Position numbers and translations under genes: made by a program. Positions 48,987 to 62,955 of a stretch of DNA of 64,000 bases are shown piece by piece (positions within the stretch are counted from its first letter, which is position 1; each line of letters opens with the position of its first letter). Source of the stretch: Balanoglossus misakiensis (Eukaryota > Animalia > Hemichordata). The notes beneath the pieces are model-generated. The model had not been told where the DNA came from. It searched no databases and saw nothing but the letters and a program-made list of their open reading frames with translations. The DNA is taken from contig CM082577.2 of the NCBI GenBank assembly GCA_040954595.2, forward strand, positions 12,717,903 through 12,781,902. The letters are read 5' to 3'.

Positions 48987-51200
48987 AAAAATCCGTGTAG
49001 TAGAAGTGGAATATGTTGTCTGTTGATACGGTTGTATACGAGTTCTGGAAAGTTGAGGTCCATGACGACGCGACGGCGTGTAGAGACTTTCTTGGGTATA
49101 AGGGATCAGGTAGCCCGAATGTTAGCATTGGACGGTGACACAGCATTGTGAAAATCCGTGTAGTAGAAGTGGAATATGTTGTCTGTTGATACGGCTGTAT
49201 GGCCGGAGAAGTCCTGGTATAAGGGATCAGGTAGCCCGAATGTTAGCATTGGACGGTGACACAGCGTTGTGAAAATCCGTGTAGTAGAAGTGGAATATGT
49301 TGTCTGTTGATACGGCTGTATGGCCGGAGAAGTCCTGGTATAAGGGATCAGGTAGCCCGAATGTTAGCATTGGACGGTGACACAGCGTTGTGAAAATCCG
49401 TGTAGTAGAAGTGGAATATGTTGTCTGTTGATACGGCTGTATGGCCGGAGAAGTCCTGGTATAAGGGATCAGGTAGCCCGAATGTTAGCGTTGGACGGTG
49501 ACACAGCGTTGTGAAAATCCGTGTAGTAGAAGTGAAATATGTTGTCTGTTGATACGGCTGTATGGCCGGAGAAGTCCTGGTATAAGGGATCAGGTAGCCC
49601 GAATGTTAGCGTTGGACGGTGACACAGCGTTGTGAAAATCCGTGTAGTAGAAGTGAAATATGTTGTCTGTTGATACGGCTGTATGGCCGGAGAAGTCCTG
49701 GTATAAGGGATCAGGTAGCCCGAATGTTAGCGTTGGACGGTGACACAGCGTTGTGAAAATCCGTGTAGTAGAAGTGAAATATGTTGTCTGTTGATACGGC
49801 TGTATGGCCGGAGAAGTCCTGGTATAAGGGATCAGGTAGCCCGAATGTTAGCATTGGACGGTGACACAGCGTTGTGAAAATCCGTGTAATAGAAGTGGAA
49901 TATGTTGTCTGTTGATACGGCTGTATGGCCGGAGAAGTCCTGGTATAAGGGATCAGGTAGCCCGAATGTTAGCATTGGACGGTGACACAGCGTTGTGAAA
50001 ATCCGTGTAATAGAAGTGGAATATGTTGTCTGTTGATACGGCTGTATGGCCGGAGAAGTCCTGGTATAAGGGATCAGGTAGCCCGAATGTTAGCGTTGGA
50101 CGGTGACACAGCGTTGTGAAAATCCGTGTAGTAGAAGTGAAATATGTTGTCTGTTGATACGGCTGTATGGCCGGAGAAGTCCTGGTATAAGGGATCAGGT
50201 AGCCCGAATGTTAGCGTTGGACGGTGACACAGCGTTGTGAAAATCCGTGTAGTAGAAGTGAAATATGTTGTCTGTTGATACGGCTGTATGGCCGGAGAAG
50301 TCCTGGTATAAGGGATCAGGTAGCCCGAATGTTAGCATTGGACGGTGACACAGCGTTGTGAAAATCCGTGTAATAGAAGTGGAATATGTTGTCTGTTGAT
50401 ACGGCTGTATGGCCGGAGAAGTCCTGGTATAAGGGATCAGGTAGCCCGAATGTTAGCGTTGGACGGTGACACAGCGTTGTGAAAATCCGTGTAGTAGAAG
50501 TGAAATATGTTGTCTGTTGATACGGCTGTATGGCCGGAGAAGTCCTGGTATAAGGGATCAGGTAGCCCGAATGTTAGCGTTGGACGGTGACACAGCGTTG
50601 TGAAAATCCGTGTAGTAGAAGTGAAATATGTTGTCTGTTGATACGGCTGTATGGCCGGAGAAGTCCTGGTATAAGGGATCAGGTAGCCCGAATGTTAGCG
50701 TTGGACGGTGACACAGCGTTGTGAAAATCCGTGTAGTAGAAGTGAAATATGTTGTCTGTTGATACGGCTGTATGGCCGGAGAAGTCCTGGTATAAGGGAT
50801 CAGGTAGCCCGAATGTTAGCATTGGACGGTGACACAGCGTTGTGAAAATCCGTGTAATAGAAGTGGAATATGTTGTCTGTTGATACGGCTGTATGGCCGG
50901 AGAAGTCCTGGTATAAGGGATCAGGTAGCCCGAATGTTAGCGTTGGACGGTGACACAGCGTTGTGAAAATCCGTGTAGTAGAAGTGAAATATGTTGTCTG
51001 TTGATACGGCTGTATGGCCGGAGAAGTCCTGGTATAAGGGATCAGGTAGCCCGAATGTTAGCATTGGACGGTGACACAGCGTTGTGAAAATCCGTGTAGT
51101 AGAAGTGAAATATGTTGTCTGTTGATACGGCTGTATGGCCGAAGTATCGCTGGTATAAAGGATCAGGGCCCGAATGTTGACGTTGGACGGTGACCGCGCG
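48987..51200. repeat. 121-bp satellite array, ~17 near-identical units plus one longer chimeric first unit
   Basis: gaaaatccgtgtagtagaagt... recurs at 49150, 49271 and onwards to ~51087; only a few variable positions. Confidence 0.97.
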
Positions 51201-51214
51201 CTAGGAAAATCTTC

Positions 51215-51597
51215 TGTGTAGAGGAGACAGTTTGAAGAAAATTCCGATGAGGGGGAAATGCTCTACGGAATGATGAGTTCTGGAAAGTTGAGGTCCATCA
51301 TCCATGAAGACGCGACTGCGTGTAGAGACCTTCTTGGGTACAGTTTGAAGAAAATTCTGATGGGAAGTGCTCGACGGAATGATGAGTTCTGGAAAGTTGA
51401 GGTCCCTGATGACGTGACGGCGTGTAGAGACCTTCTTGGGCACAGTTTGGAGAAAATTCCGATGAGGGGGAAGTGCTCGACGGAATGATGAGTTCTGGAA
51501 AGTTGAGGTCCCTGATGACGCGACGGCGTGTAGAGACCTTCTTGGGCACAGATTGAAGAAAATTCCGATGAGGTGGAAGTGCTCGACGGAATGATGA
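51215..51597. repeat. ~118-bp tandem repeat (~3.3 units)
   Basis: Recurring gaagaaaattccgatgaggggg..gctcgacggaatgatgagttctggaaagttgaggtcc...gtgtagagaccttcttggg. Confidence 0.9.
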
Positions 51598-52688
51598 AAA
51601 TACCGTGATGTCAGAGGCGTCATCGTTCGCTTGTGACATATGGGAGATCGGCCATTCAGCACGAGTAGACTGTCCGATAAACGTCGGCCATGCGGAGGTG
51701 CCAGATGCCGAATTCACGATATGAGAGAGTTGTTATCTGAGTGATCGGACATATTGTGATGATGTAGCGTCTAAAAGGACGGATTTCGAGAGAAGTTGTG
51801 TTGAGCGAGCGACTGTTCCAGCAACTCTGTAAGATGGCGGAAGCCCTGCAAATGTAGCAACTTTTCTGCCGAAGGCGGGAAGGCACACTCCATAGAGGGC
51901 GCCCCAAATTACACCCAAGGGTCTGGGCCTATATTGGGAAAACATGTAAATACACAGTTTATGAAAATTGCTTACAACCAACATTTTTGAAACAAATAAA
52001 AATGTTTACTACCTGGAGTCAGCTCCTAAACAAAAATCTGCGTATGAAAATGCTTATTCACACTAAGAAAATTGCGTAAAATTAATTAAAATGTAGAAAG
52101 AGCTCTCAAAATATAATAATTGACGTTTCCAACACAAATTTGGCATCTAGCTACATAATCGCACCCCCCTCCAAAATGTAAATCATCATGAGAACATCGC
52201 TAGGAACCTGCAAACAAAATTTCAAAACAATTAGAGATAGCATCTAAAACAGGCACGCAGTCACCATTAGCACATCTGTACATGTAAATGTCGCAAGGAC
52301 CTTCACAGCAAAAATGGATTCTAGTCAATCCTTACAATACGATTCTATAGACATATATAACATTCTCTAGAATTGCCATTGAAAGTTATAGAACTTCTAT
52401 GGACATCTAATGAAGTTCTGTGTAATTTTAGCCCATTTTCTATGGAAATGTCACAATCCATAGAGTGCCATTGAATACCATCGATCGTTTTTATAAGGGA
52501 AATAATCTTCCCAGAACAATCTCCTTCCCATTTTGTGTTTCTCGCAAATCGCATCAGCAATATTCCCTTAATATTCTTAGGAATGATCAATACCCTTGTG
52601 TACTACATCTATGGCATTCGGCAAACTAAGCAACCTATATACTTTTGGCGCGAAAGCATCCACTGATAATCTCTACACCGAGACTCAC

Positions 52689-55600
52689 ATTTCTCTTCGT
52701 CTGACGCGTCAGTGCAGTCTTGGTAATAGTCACATCTCCGGTAAGGGTGAATGCATTGGCCCGTATTTGAACACATAAACCAAGGATAACAGGGAGTACG
52801 GGGTATCACTAGAGACAGAAAATGTAATTGATAATGCACATGATCTTTAAAAGCACATGAGCTGCAATTTTTTGGAATAATTATAATAAGTGTACTACCA
52901 TTAGCCAATACAGATGTATGCACTGAACTATATACATTGTATAAATCCTTAGTATGAGTGAATATGCAAGTTTTAACCAAATAAATAATAAACCTTTGCT
53001 GCAAAGGAATATGGCCGCCACCGTGGGAAAATGCAAAAAAAAATGAAAACTTTGCATGAAACTTCATAAACAGAGCATAATCTCATCCATTAGAATTCAT
53101 GGAAGTAAATGTACTCCACTGAGACATTACATTTTCATTTTTTTCATACCAGCAATATTGCACTTTTTAAAAAGCAAATTGCGGAAATTTTCGACTGCAC
53201 TGATATTCTTTAATTTTTTCGGCCATTTTGTTTTGAGTGTTGATCTTGATATACTATCATGCAATATCCTTTAATAGACATAATTAAAAGAATGTCTGAG
53301 ATTATTTAAAGTTTAATTTTTTATCCAGTAGCAGCTCGTGGGCCTTTAACTATGTCGGCTGAATTACCAGCATAATGAGGGCTGTCACGGGAGAATTTGA
53401 TGTGTTTCGTGAACCACAACAGAAAAATAATACCCCAAAGCTTAGAAAGGAAGAATAATTAATTTATATCACAATAAATTAAAATAGTTTAGATTTGTAC
53501 ATTCATAGCAATCATATTTAGGTCAATGCTGGTTACTTGGAATGGTTCCTTAAAACCTGTGTATAGTGGCCAGTCAAGGGACTTTCCTAAACTTGTCTTT
53601 TTTGACAGGGGGTCTTTATAGACAGGTCAATCAATGTAAGTGTTAATTACACTGAGGTGGTAACAAAATAGAGGTGGCCACTTAACACAAGTTTGACTGT
53701 AATTTCAAAATCAGGCGACAACTATTGACTTACAATAGCAGTCTGACTCGTCCTCTCCGTCTGGACAATCATTCACATCGTCACAGAACTTGTCAGGTGG
53801 AAGGCATGACCCATCACTACAAGCATAATCCGGGTAACAGGGACCTGGGTATGAATGAATTGTAACGTGTCACTCTCATTGTAGCAAACGCCAGTAAACA
53901 AATGATACATTAAGACGTGTCCCTGTCTACCCTTTACATTGAAAATGACAAAACTTAAGAAATCTTACAGTGTGCTTCGTCACTTTTGTCCCAGCAGTCA
54001 TCGTAAAAATCGCATTCTCGACCACGTGGTATACGGTTTCCATTGTCACATGTATAATCGGAGTCACAGGAAGCTGAAAAAAAGTCTCACGGAATGAATG
54101 CTCAAATCGCCCAGTAAGAAAGAACACGACTATCATTACTCAATCATGCAGCTCTGCTCATTAATTTTATTTAACGCACTCTGCTCATTATTTATTAACT
54201 AATTGATCAGTTAATTAATTTAATTACGTCAAACCATGCAAACTCACCAGCATATTGACAAACGTATCCCCTTCCAAGATCATGATCGCAATTGCCGTCG
54301 GCCCACTCCCAAGTATATGGACTGAACAGATATAAACTTTTAATATTATTATTTAGCATTGCGATTGTTCGCTCTTTCTCCATTCAAAGCATTCCTTTTA
54401 TTCATAGTCAACAATGCCATCTTTTTAATACCTAATTTTTAATTGGTCTGAATCATTTGTTTCCTGAAAATTGCATTATTTACATGTATTCTGATAGACC
54501 GATTAATGTACGAGCTATGATTTTACATTATTTTGCAATTTAAGCCCACAATTCGGCTACAAAGTTATACTTGAAGAAGTTATCATGAATTATAATAGCA
54601 ATAAAACACCCCCAGCCATGGTATACCACTCGATTTTGACCAGTTCAACTCTATATACGCAGTGCACTCGCTATCGCTCGTGCGTATATGTCGTGATCTG
54701 GTCAAAATCTCGTGGTATATCATGGGTGGGGGTGTTTTATTGCTTAATCATGCTACCATCCGCCATTCTCATTGGACGAGAGCCCAATCCAGCGATGCTA
54801 AAATACTCATATAGCACTGCTAAAATGGGCAAATGAACTAGCATGCAGCAGCAAAAATGTGCGGTTAAACCACAGTCGTGTGGGATTAAACCAAATAAAA
54901 TAAAATAAAAATACTGCCGAATTAACGGACGTTTTATTTTGGAACTGCTCTGTGGAAATATTTACCACAAAATCAATTGCTGATATAATATAATAGCAAT
55001 AACCCCCGCCTCAGTCGGGTATACACTCGATTTGGGTACAATTCGCTCCATATAGCACACGCCTAACGGCTCGAGCAATATGTCTCTAATTGTACCCAAA
55101 TCTCGTGTATATCCGCCTGCGGCTGGGTTTATTGGTTAAATATACAAGTATTGACAGTGAAAATTACCGCAGAAATAAAATGAATAGAAACCTAACCATT
55201 GAATGTCCAGTTTGCGTAACCATTGGCAGATATAAGCCTGGGGCAAATGTAACGCAATTTGTTTCCACGTGTGTACATTCATTGCATATTGGTGTAATAA
55301 ACCTATATGTAATCTGAAATGCTCGTCTCGCCACTTGAAGATGTTAGAAGACCCAACAGAATTTCCCACAATTGCAATTTTCCTATTGTAAAGTTGGGCC
55401 TCTTTTCAGGGACGTGATGGAGGTCGATTGGCATTTTCTTAAGATTGACTTGTCTTCAAAATAGTGTAACTCAAAAACGAACGATCAGATGCCCACCAAA
55501 GTGTCTCACAATCATACTAAATTAGAATTGAGAATTTTAATTATGGTAATTAACAAACAAGCTGACAAAAAATAACGATCTTCTTTGAACTTTTGATTGG

Positions 55601-58600
55601 CGATTGTGAAAGAACAACTAGTAATTAGGGCCCAAGCCCAGCAGGCGTGGGCCCTATTGGTTTTACTGGGGTTTTTCTTCTACTGTCTTTTTCTTTTTTT
55701 TCTTGTGTAGTTTTTTTGGTGAGCTATATCTGGAAAACGGCGGAACCTACAAATCTCAAACTTGGCACAATGGTGACGGCCTATGAGAGCTGGTGCAATA
55801 CCCTTGTGAATGTTTAATTAGTCATGTGACCTGATGACCATATATGGGCAAAATTTTCAAATCGACATGATTTGCATATAAATGGAGATATCAAAATTCT
55901 GATATTTTGTGGACCATATGGCCAGGGTTCTACGTGCCAAATGTCAAGGCCGTGGGCCAAGTCTACTTTGAGAAGAAGACTTTTATATATTATTTTTCTA
56001 ATTTTTAGACCCAGCCATAGCCCTATACTTTCTATAGTTAAGCTAAGACACTATGTCCACTAGACTGTCGACAGTCCCTCGCGCCTAATGTGTATCGTTT
56101 TTGAGGGCCGAAGGCCTGTTTCGGCGTTTCGTGCGAGGGCCGTAAGGCCCGTATCTTTTGAGGGCCGAAGCCCGATTCGGCGTTCCGTGCGAGGGTCGTA
56201 AGGCCCGAGGGACTGTTATAGCTCTCTGCGCCCTCACACGGCATTGAGGAGAAATTCACCTGTAACGCAACTGGCATGATTGACAGTTAATATACGTCAT
56301 AAACTCATTGACCAATCATATTGTCACGCAGTATCGGGTCAACAAACAAACGCATGCGTGACCCATGACACGGTGACCTTTACCCCGCTCATATGCAAAT
56401 TTTACTACGTCATTTTCTGCATGCATAATTAATATCAAGGCAAGGCTTACAAGCTATAACAGTCCCTCGGGCCTTACGGCGTTCGGCGTTTCGCGTATCA
56501 GGCCTTCGGCCCTCATAAAAGATACACATTAGGCGCGAGGGACTGTCGTCAGTTTATATGTCCAATGGTCCTGTACAGTGACTGTCTATTGGCCCGTGAT
56601 CAGAATGGGACCAAAATAAAAGGCAAAATTTTGGGCTCACCGGTAACATCTGCTTAACTCATTTATTATGTGCATACCTAATTCTGGGCTAACTAATAGG
56701 GCTAGAGGTTTTGTCCTTGTGGGACATGGACCAGTATGGGGTGAACAATTTTTGCCCAGATTTCGGATGACCTCTGGTGACCTTTGACCTACTTTTCCGT
56801 ATCTCGGCATCCAGAGCAGGTACAGCATTGGCATTTGGAGGAATGGGACGTAAACAAAAACCCAAATTTCTTGGTCACCAGTGACACCTGCTTAACTCAT
56901 TAATTATGTGCATACCTAATTCCGGGCGAACCAATAGGGCTAGAAGTTTGATATTTGTTGAACATGGACCAGTATTGGGTCAAAATTTCTTGCCCAAATT
57001 TTGGGTGACCTCAGGTGACCTTTGACCTACTTTCCTATTTCTCTGCATCCAGAGCAGGTACAGACTTGTCGTTTGGAGAGTTGGGACTAAGATTGAAAAG
57101 CAAAAACTGGGGGTCACCTGTGACACCTGATTATCTCATTAATTATGTGCATACCTAATTCCAGGCTAACCAATAGGGCTAGAAGTTTGATATTTGTTGA
57201 ACATGGACCAGTATTGGGTCAAAATTTCTTGCCCAAATTTTGGGTGACCTCAGGTGACCTTTGACCTACTTTCCTATTTCTCTGCATCCGGAGCAGATAC
57301 AACTTTGGCATTTGGAGGGATGGAACTCCTAATGGAGCCTTACACTTTACCTCATTAATTATGCACATAACTAATTCTAGGCGAACGAATAGGGCTAGAG
57401 GTTTTTTTCAAAATAGTGTAACTCAAAAACGAACGATCAGATGCCCACCAAAGTGTCTCACAATCATACTAAATTAGAATTGAGAATTTTAATTATGGTA
57501 ATTAACAAACAAGCTGACAAAAAATAACGATCTTCTTTGAACTTTTGATTGGCGATTGTGAAAGAACTACTAGTAATTAGGGCCCAAGCCCAGCAGGCGT
57601 GGGCCCTATTGGTTTTACTGGGGTTTTTCTTCTACTGTCTTTTTCTTTTTTTTTCTTGTGTAGTTTTTTTGGTGAGCTATATCTGGAAAACGGCGGAACC
57701 TACAAATCTCAAACTTGGCACAATGGTGACGGCCTATGAGAGCTGGTGCAATACCCTTGTGAATGTTTAATTAGTCATGTGACCTGATGACCATATATGG
57801 GCAAAATTTTCAAATCGACATGATTTGCATATAAATGGAGATATCAAAATTCTGATATTTTGTGGACCATATGGCCAGGGTTTTACATGCCAAATGTCAA
57901 GGCCGTGGGCCAAGTCTACTTTGAGAAGAAGACTTTTATATATTATTTTTCAAATTTTTGGACCCAGCCATAGCCCTATACTTTCTATAGTTAAGCTAAG
58001 ACACTATGTCCACTAGACTGTCGACAGTCCCTCGCGCCTAATGTGTATCGTTTTTGAGGGCCGAAGGCCTGTTTCGGCGTTTCGTGCGAGGGCCGTAAGG
58101 CCCGTATCTTTTGAGGGCCGAAGCCCGATTCGGCGTTCCGTGCGAGGGTCGTAAGGCCCGAGGGACTGTTATAGCTCTCTGCGCCCTCACACGGCATTGT
58201 GGAGAAATTCACCTGTAACGCAACTGGCATGATTGACAGTTAATATACGTCATAAACTCATTGACCAATCATATTGTCACGCGGTATCGGGTCAACAAAC
58301 AAACGCATGCGTGACCCATGACACGGTGACCTTTACCCCGCTCATATGCAAATTTTACTACGTCATTTTCTGCATGCATAACTAATATCAAGGCAAGGCT
58401 TACAAGCTATAACAGTCCCTCGGGCCTTACGGCGTTCGGCGTTTCGCGTATCAGGCCTTCGGCCCTCAAAAAAGATACACATTAGGCGCAAGGGACTGTC
58501 GTCAGTTTATATGTCCAATGGTCCTGTACAGTGACTGTCTATTGGCCCGTGATCAGAATGGGACCAAAATAAAAGGCAAAATTTTGGGCTCACCGGTAAC

Positions 58601-60341
58601 ATCTGCTTAACTCATTTATTATGTGCATACCTAATTCTGGGCTAACTAATAGGGCTAGAGGTTTTGTCCTTGTGGGACATGGACCAGTATGGGGTGAACA
58701 ATTTTTGCCCAGATTGCGGATGACCTCTGGTGACCTTTGACCTACTTTTCCGTATCTCGGCATCCAGAGCAGGTACAGCATTGGCATTTGGAGGAATGGG
58801 ACGTAAACAAAAACCCAAATTTCTTGGTCACCTGTGACACCTACTTAACTCATTAATTATGTGCATACCTAATTCCGGGCGAACCAATAGGGCTAGAAGT
58901 TTGATATTTGTTGAACATGGACCAGTATTGGGTCAAAATTTCTTGCCCAAATTTTGGGTGACCTCAGGTGACCTTTGACCTACTTTCCTATTTCTCTGCA
59001 TCCAGAGCAGGTACAGACTTGTCGTTTGGAGAGTTGGGACTAAGATTGAAAAGCAAAAACTGGGGGTCACCTGTGACACCTGATTATCTCATTAATTATG
59101 TGCATACCTAATTCCAGGCTAACCAATAGGGCTAGAAGTTTGATATTTGTTGAACATGGACCAGTATTGGGTCAAAATTTCTTGCCCAAATTTTGGGTGA
59201 CCTCAGGTGACCTTTGACCTACTTTCCTATTTCTCTGCATCCGGAGCAGATACACCTTTGGCATTTGGAGGGATGGAACTCCTAATGGAGCCTTACACTT
59301 TACCTCATTAATTATGCACATAACTAATTCTAGGCGAACGAATAGGGCTAGAGGTTTTTTTCTTGTGGGACATGGACCAGTATGGGGTCTAAAACTTTTG
59401 CCCGAATTTTGGGTGACCTCAGGTGACCTTTGACCTACTGTCCTATATCTATGCATCTGGTACAGGTACAACATTTGTGTTTGGAGGGATGGAACTCTTA
59501 ATGGAGTCTTACACTTTACATCATTAATTATGTGCATACCTTATCTCAGACAAACCAAAAGGGCTAGAGGTCTGGTTTTTCTTGGACCTGGACTAGTATG
59601 GGGTCAAAAATTTTTGCCCAAATTTTGGGTGACCTCACGAGACCTTTGACATAATTATGGCATAAATGCGAATTACTACATAAATTAACAACCTGCTGAC
59701 TTTATATTTGGTAAAAATAAGCTCATACCTGTACTGCTTACCCCTATGTTGCTATGTGCTCTTTTGGCTTGGGCCCGCTATTGCTGCTAGCAGCTGTGTT
59801 GGTTTTGCCGACAATATACATGCATTACAAATTGTTCTATGAAAATGACTTTCTGTTGTGCGATTATATATTTCAAGTATTCTTTTTCTAAATCCTTCCT
59901 TTAAAGATACAAAACAAACACTTCCGGTCACTTGCATGACCCGTATGTGACCTTACATCCTTGTACTTTCGTTGCTATGTGTTGTCAAAATCAAAATTTT
60001 GGGACAAGAAACGTGCTGCTTGAAATGGAGTCCCTACTGTAATTCAGTACTTATTTTCTTAACTACAGCTGCAATCATGGAGTTTTTGTAGAGGTTATAG
60101 TCAATCTGATGGATTCATACCGAGAAAAGTACGAGGATGTAAGGTCATGAAAGTGGCCTGCGGATGTCGCTGTGCACTTGAACTTACGAAAGCCCCGCAC
60201 AATGCTCAAAACCGTGATAATTGTTTGGTTGTCCGCTACTCCAGAAGTCCAGGGTCAAAGGGCTTCCATCTTCATATACCCATACACCTTCTTGGGCTTC
60301 ATCGGAAGCACCAAACCAATAATAAAGGTGTTCGCCTGCAT
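52689..60341 (-). CDS. C-type lectin + 2x LDL-receptor class A mosaic protein, internal exons 60341-60188, 54321-54248, 53844-53734, 52808-52689
   Basis: Spliced in frame: YWFGASDEAQEGVWVYEDG...WSSGQPNN..EHCAGL|SPYTWEWADGNCD...YVCQY (CTLD), CYPDYACSDGSCLPPDKFCDDVNDCPDGEDESDC and CYPWFMCSNTGQCIHPYRRCDYYQDCTDASDEEK (LDLa). Borders are canonical; the gene ends were not located. Confidence 0.85.
54590..55142. mobile_element. Non-autonomous Crypton-like element bounded by two related palindromes (54597-54744, 54995-55136)
   Basis: Both palindromes start tataatagcaataa, have long imperfect arms with a gcac.cg..gctcg centre, and end in ttaa. Confidence 0.65.
55455..59362. repeat. Tandem duplication, ~1952-bp unit x2
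   Basis: 55455-57409 matches 57407-59362 with few SNPs; TTC microhomology. Confidence 0.95.
55625..59796 (+). mobile_element. HINE/DINE-1-like Helentron with internal ~240-bp tandem repeats (partly duplicated)
   Basis: 5' tt-agggcccaagc...gcgtgggccct (subTIR + IR); 3' gcttgggccc + gctgctagcagc hairpin + T; repeats carry gacctttgacctac. Confidence 0.72.
56061..56556. mobile_element. MITE nested in the HINE, 9-bp TSD (Mutator-like); duplicate at 58014-58509
   Basis: TIR tagactgtcgacagtccctcgcgcctaatgtgtatc / gatacacattaggcgcgagggactgtcgtcagttta; flanks tatgtccac / tatgtccaa. Confidence 0.8.
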
Positions 60342-61175
60342 CTGAGAAATGTATAATGGGAAAACGGTCTATGTTGCCATGGCACATGTCGTCATTCCCA
60401 ACAACCTAAACACGCTTTGTGATTATTTAATACCAATCACGTGATCTGGTCATGTGACCCGCGGCACTTTCATTTACAGGTGACGGACAAACAATATCTG
60501 GCTTCCGGTAAACGTTTGTCTTGGTATGTTTGTACTATAGAACCGCCAGACACGAAACATGTATCAAGCATAGTGCCTCATCAGCCTCATGGCGTTTCGT
60601 GTACGGCGTGTGTATTTCTCTGAATTATTACATATGTACTACAGATTACCTATCTGACAGCAGCGAAATAAAGTTGGTATTCTCACAGATGTTAAATACT
60701 AATGAAATAAAATAGTCCCCATTTTATTTTGCATTTTCTTTAAAACATCATGTCAGATATGAGACCATTCCAAGCAAATCGATCTGGATTCAGCTGTTCT
60801 AACTGTATGTCAAACATTTCACTATTTTTTACAACCATATACGTGTTTTATGGTGTTTTTAGAATGAAGATATATTTCAAAACAGGTCACGTGAAGGTCA
60901 CATGCCATGAAATAATGTTTACATAGAAAACCATTGTTAAGAAATTATTCCACGCAAAATTATGCAAATGAGTCCGGTACTATTTTCTGTTTGTAAATAT
61001 TGTCGTCTGCTAGTGATTAGTAACAGCTTGAACTTGAAGCATACGGTGTATTTATGGAGGAAAACGACTATTACGATTGGCGGAACTGTATTTATTTTGA
61101 ACATTTGGATTCTGAATTTTATTATCCGAGTGAAAGCGATGTTTGGCACCGGTGGAGCGTGAAATAGCGACTGCG

Positions 61176-62595
61176 ATGGAAGCGGCGAGCTCTACGGTAG
61201 AACCGTCTACTTCTCGGCCAGCGTCCGGGAGATTTGCTGCGGTCTCGACCGAAGACGTCAGCGCTCTAATCGGGTTGCAAAAAAACAAGAAAACCGCCAT
61301 GAAAACGCGTCGGGAAGTTGGTATTTTTGAACACTGGCAACAGACGATGACAACAGAAACTCGTAAGCTGGAACTTATCCCACCTGCCGAACTTGACCCC
61401 TCGCTCGCCAGATTTTTCCTGAGCGTGAGAAAACAGAACGGCGATGAATATGAGCCCGATTCCGTATCAAGTTACCAGAAGTCATTCGACCGGTACTTGC
61501 GTGATGCCAACTACGGCGTGAGTATAATTCGCGATGACCAATTTCAAAGAAGCCGTGAAGCCCTGGCTGCCAAAAGAAAGCAATTGAAAGCTGGAGGGAA
61601 GGGTAATCTGCCCAAGAAATCAAATGCCATCACAGAAGACCATGAAGCGACGCTGATTAAAGCCGGACAGCTCGGTACCCATACACCCAACGCAATCCTT
61701 AAACACGATCTGGCTTAATTATAACACCAAGTTGTTCGGCTTTAGAGGAAGCAATGAACATAGACAAATGAAATGGGGCGATGTGACAGCAGCGACAGAC
61801 GAAAATGGGGAATATCTCATCTACAATGAGCGTCTAACAAAAAACACACGTGGGGAAACCGGCAACACACGAAAATTCTCCCCAAAGGCCTATGCAACTC
61901 CGTCGAAAGAATCGACCTGCCCGGTGCGTGTATACAAGGCCTACGCTGAACGGAGGCCGGAAGCCATGAAAACCAACGATGCTCCATTCTACCTGGGAAT
62001 AGAGTATGTGTCGGCCACTCTCAGTAAGGGCATATGGTTTCGCAGGCAGCTTATGGGTGTAAATAAATTAAACACCATAATGAAATCGATGGCAACAGCC
62101 GCTGGTATCTCCCACAAGCTCAGCAATCACAGTGCTCGGAAAGCATGTGTTCAACGTTTGTTGGATGCCGGTGTACCACCTAATACAGCAGCCCAGCTCA
62201 GCGGCCATAAAAATCCAGCCAGCTTGAATAGATATGCTGTCGCAAACGAAGATCAACAACGAAAAATGAGTAACATCCTGAGTGGAATTGACAACACATT
62301 CGATCCACGACCGAGCACATCCAAAAGCCTCGTACCGTTGTCAGCCACCAACGCGAGCGATCGACCACCGGCTCCTGAAAACGGCGACCTTGTTAGTACC
62401 GCATCATCTTCATCGCGCTCCTTGCAATTGTGTAGCCAACAAGTCCAAAATCAATTGCCAGGGTTAATTTCCAACACCCAAATCACCGGTGGGGTTTTCA
62501 ACTTCACGTTCAACATCGGAGCTGGAGGCAGTTCTACTCCTTCAGCAAAACGCCACCGACCAACCATGTTGTACTCGGACTCTGATTCCGACTAA
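61176..62595 (+). pseudogene. Crypton-type tyrosine recombinase (DUF3504 / ZMYM-QRICH1-KCTD1-like) with a single +1 frameshift
   Basis: LARFFLSVRKQNGDEYEPDSV, FGFRG, ERLTKN, CPV..Y..Y, NHSARK, SGHKN and SLNRY. Removing one A at 61701-61703 fuses the two ORFs (ILNTIWLNYNTKLFG). Confidence 0.88.
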
Positions 62596-62955
62596 ACTTC
62601 CGCGAATTTCGTGCATCTTTCCGATCCTACTATTTGACTTTCCAATTTTCAATTTTTCAGCTTAAAAAAAAAACGTTTTAATGTTATCGTATTTACAAGT
62701 TTTAGCGTGTTGAATTGATTAAATCGTTTGTTTTGAGTATTATACCTGTTTGTGTCAGTGCTGTCTATGAATGAGTGGCGTTCTTAGGTAAGTGATGATG
62801 TCATTTGCATATGAATAGAGTCAAAAACTTAAACCGCTGAGCTGAAAAGATTCTAGCTAATTATAATAATCTCAGTAATAAGATATCAATCCGCAGTGAA
62901 ATGGCTCCCCAGTTACGTTCAAAATGTGGTGATTTTTAGAACATATGTAATAATA

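Noticed and set aside
48987-51200. CRISPR-like array or coding repeat
   Set aside because: Units are contiguous with no unique spacers, no cas genes are present, the context is eukaryotic, and the 121-bp period is not a multiple of 3.
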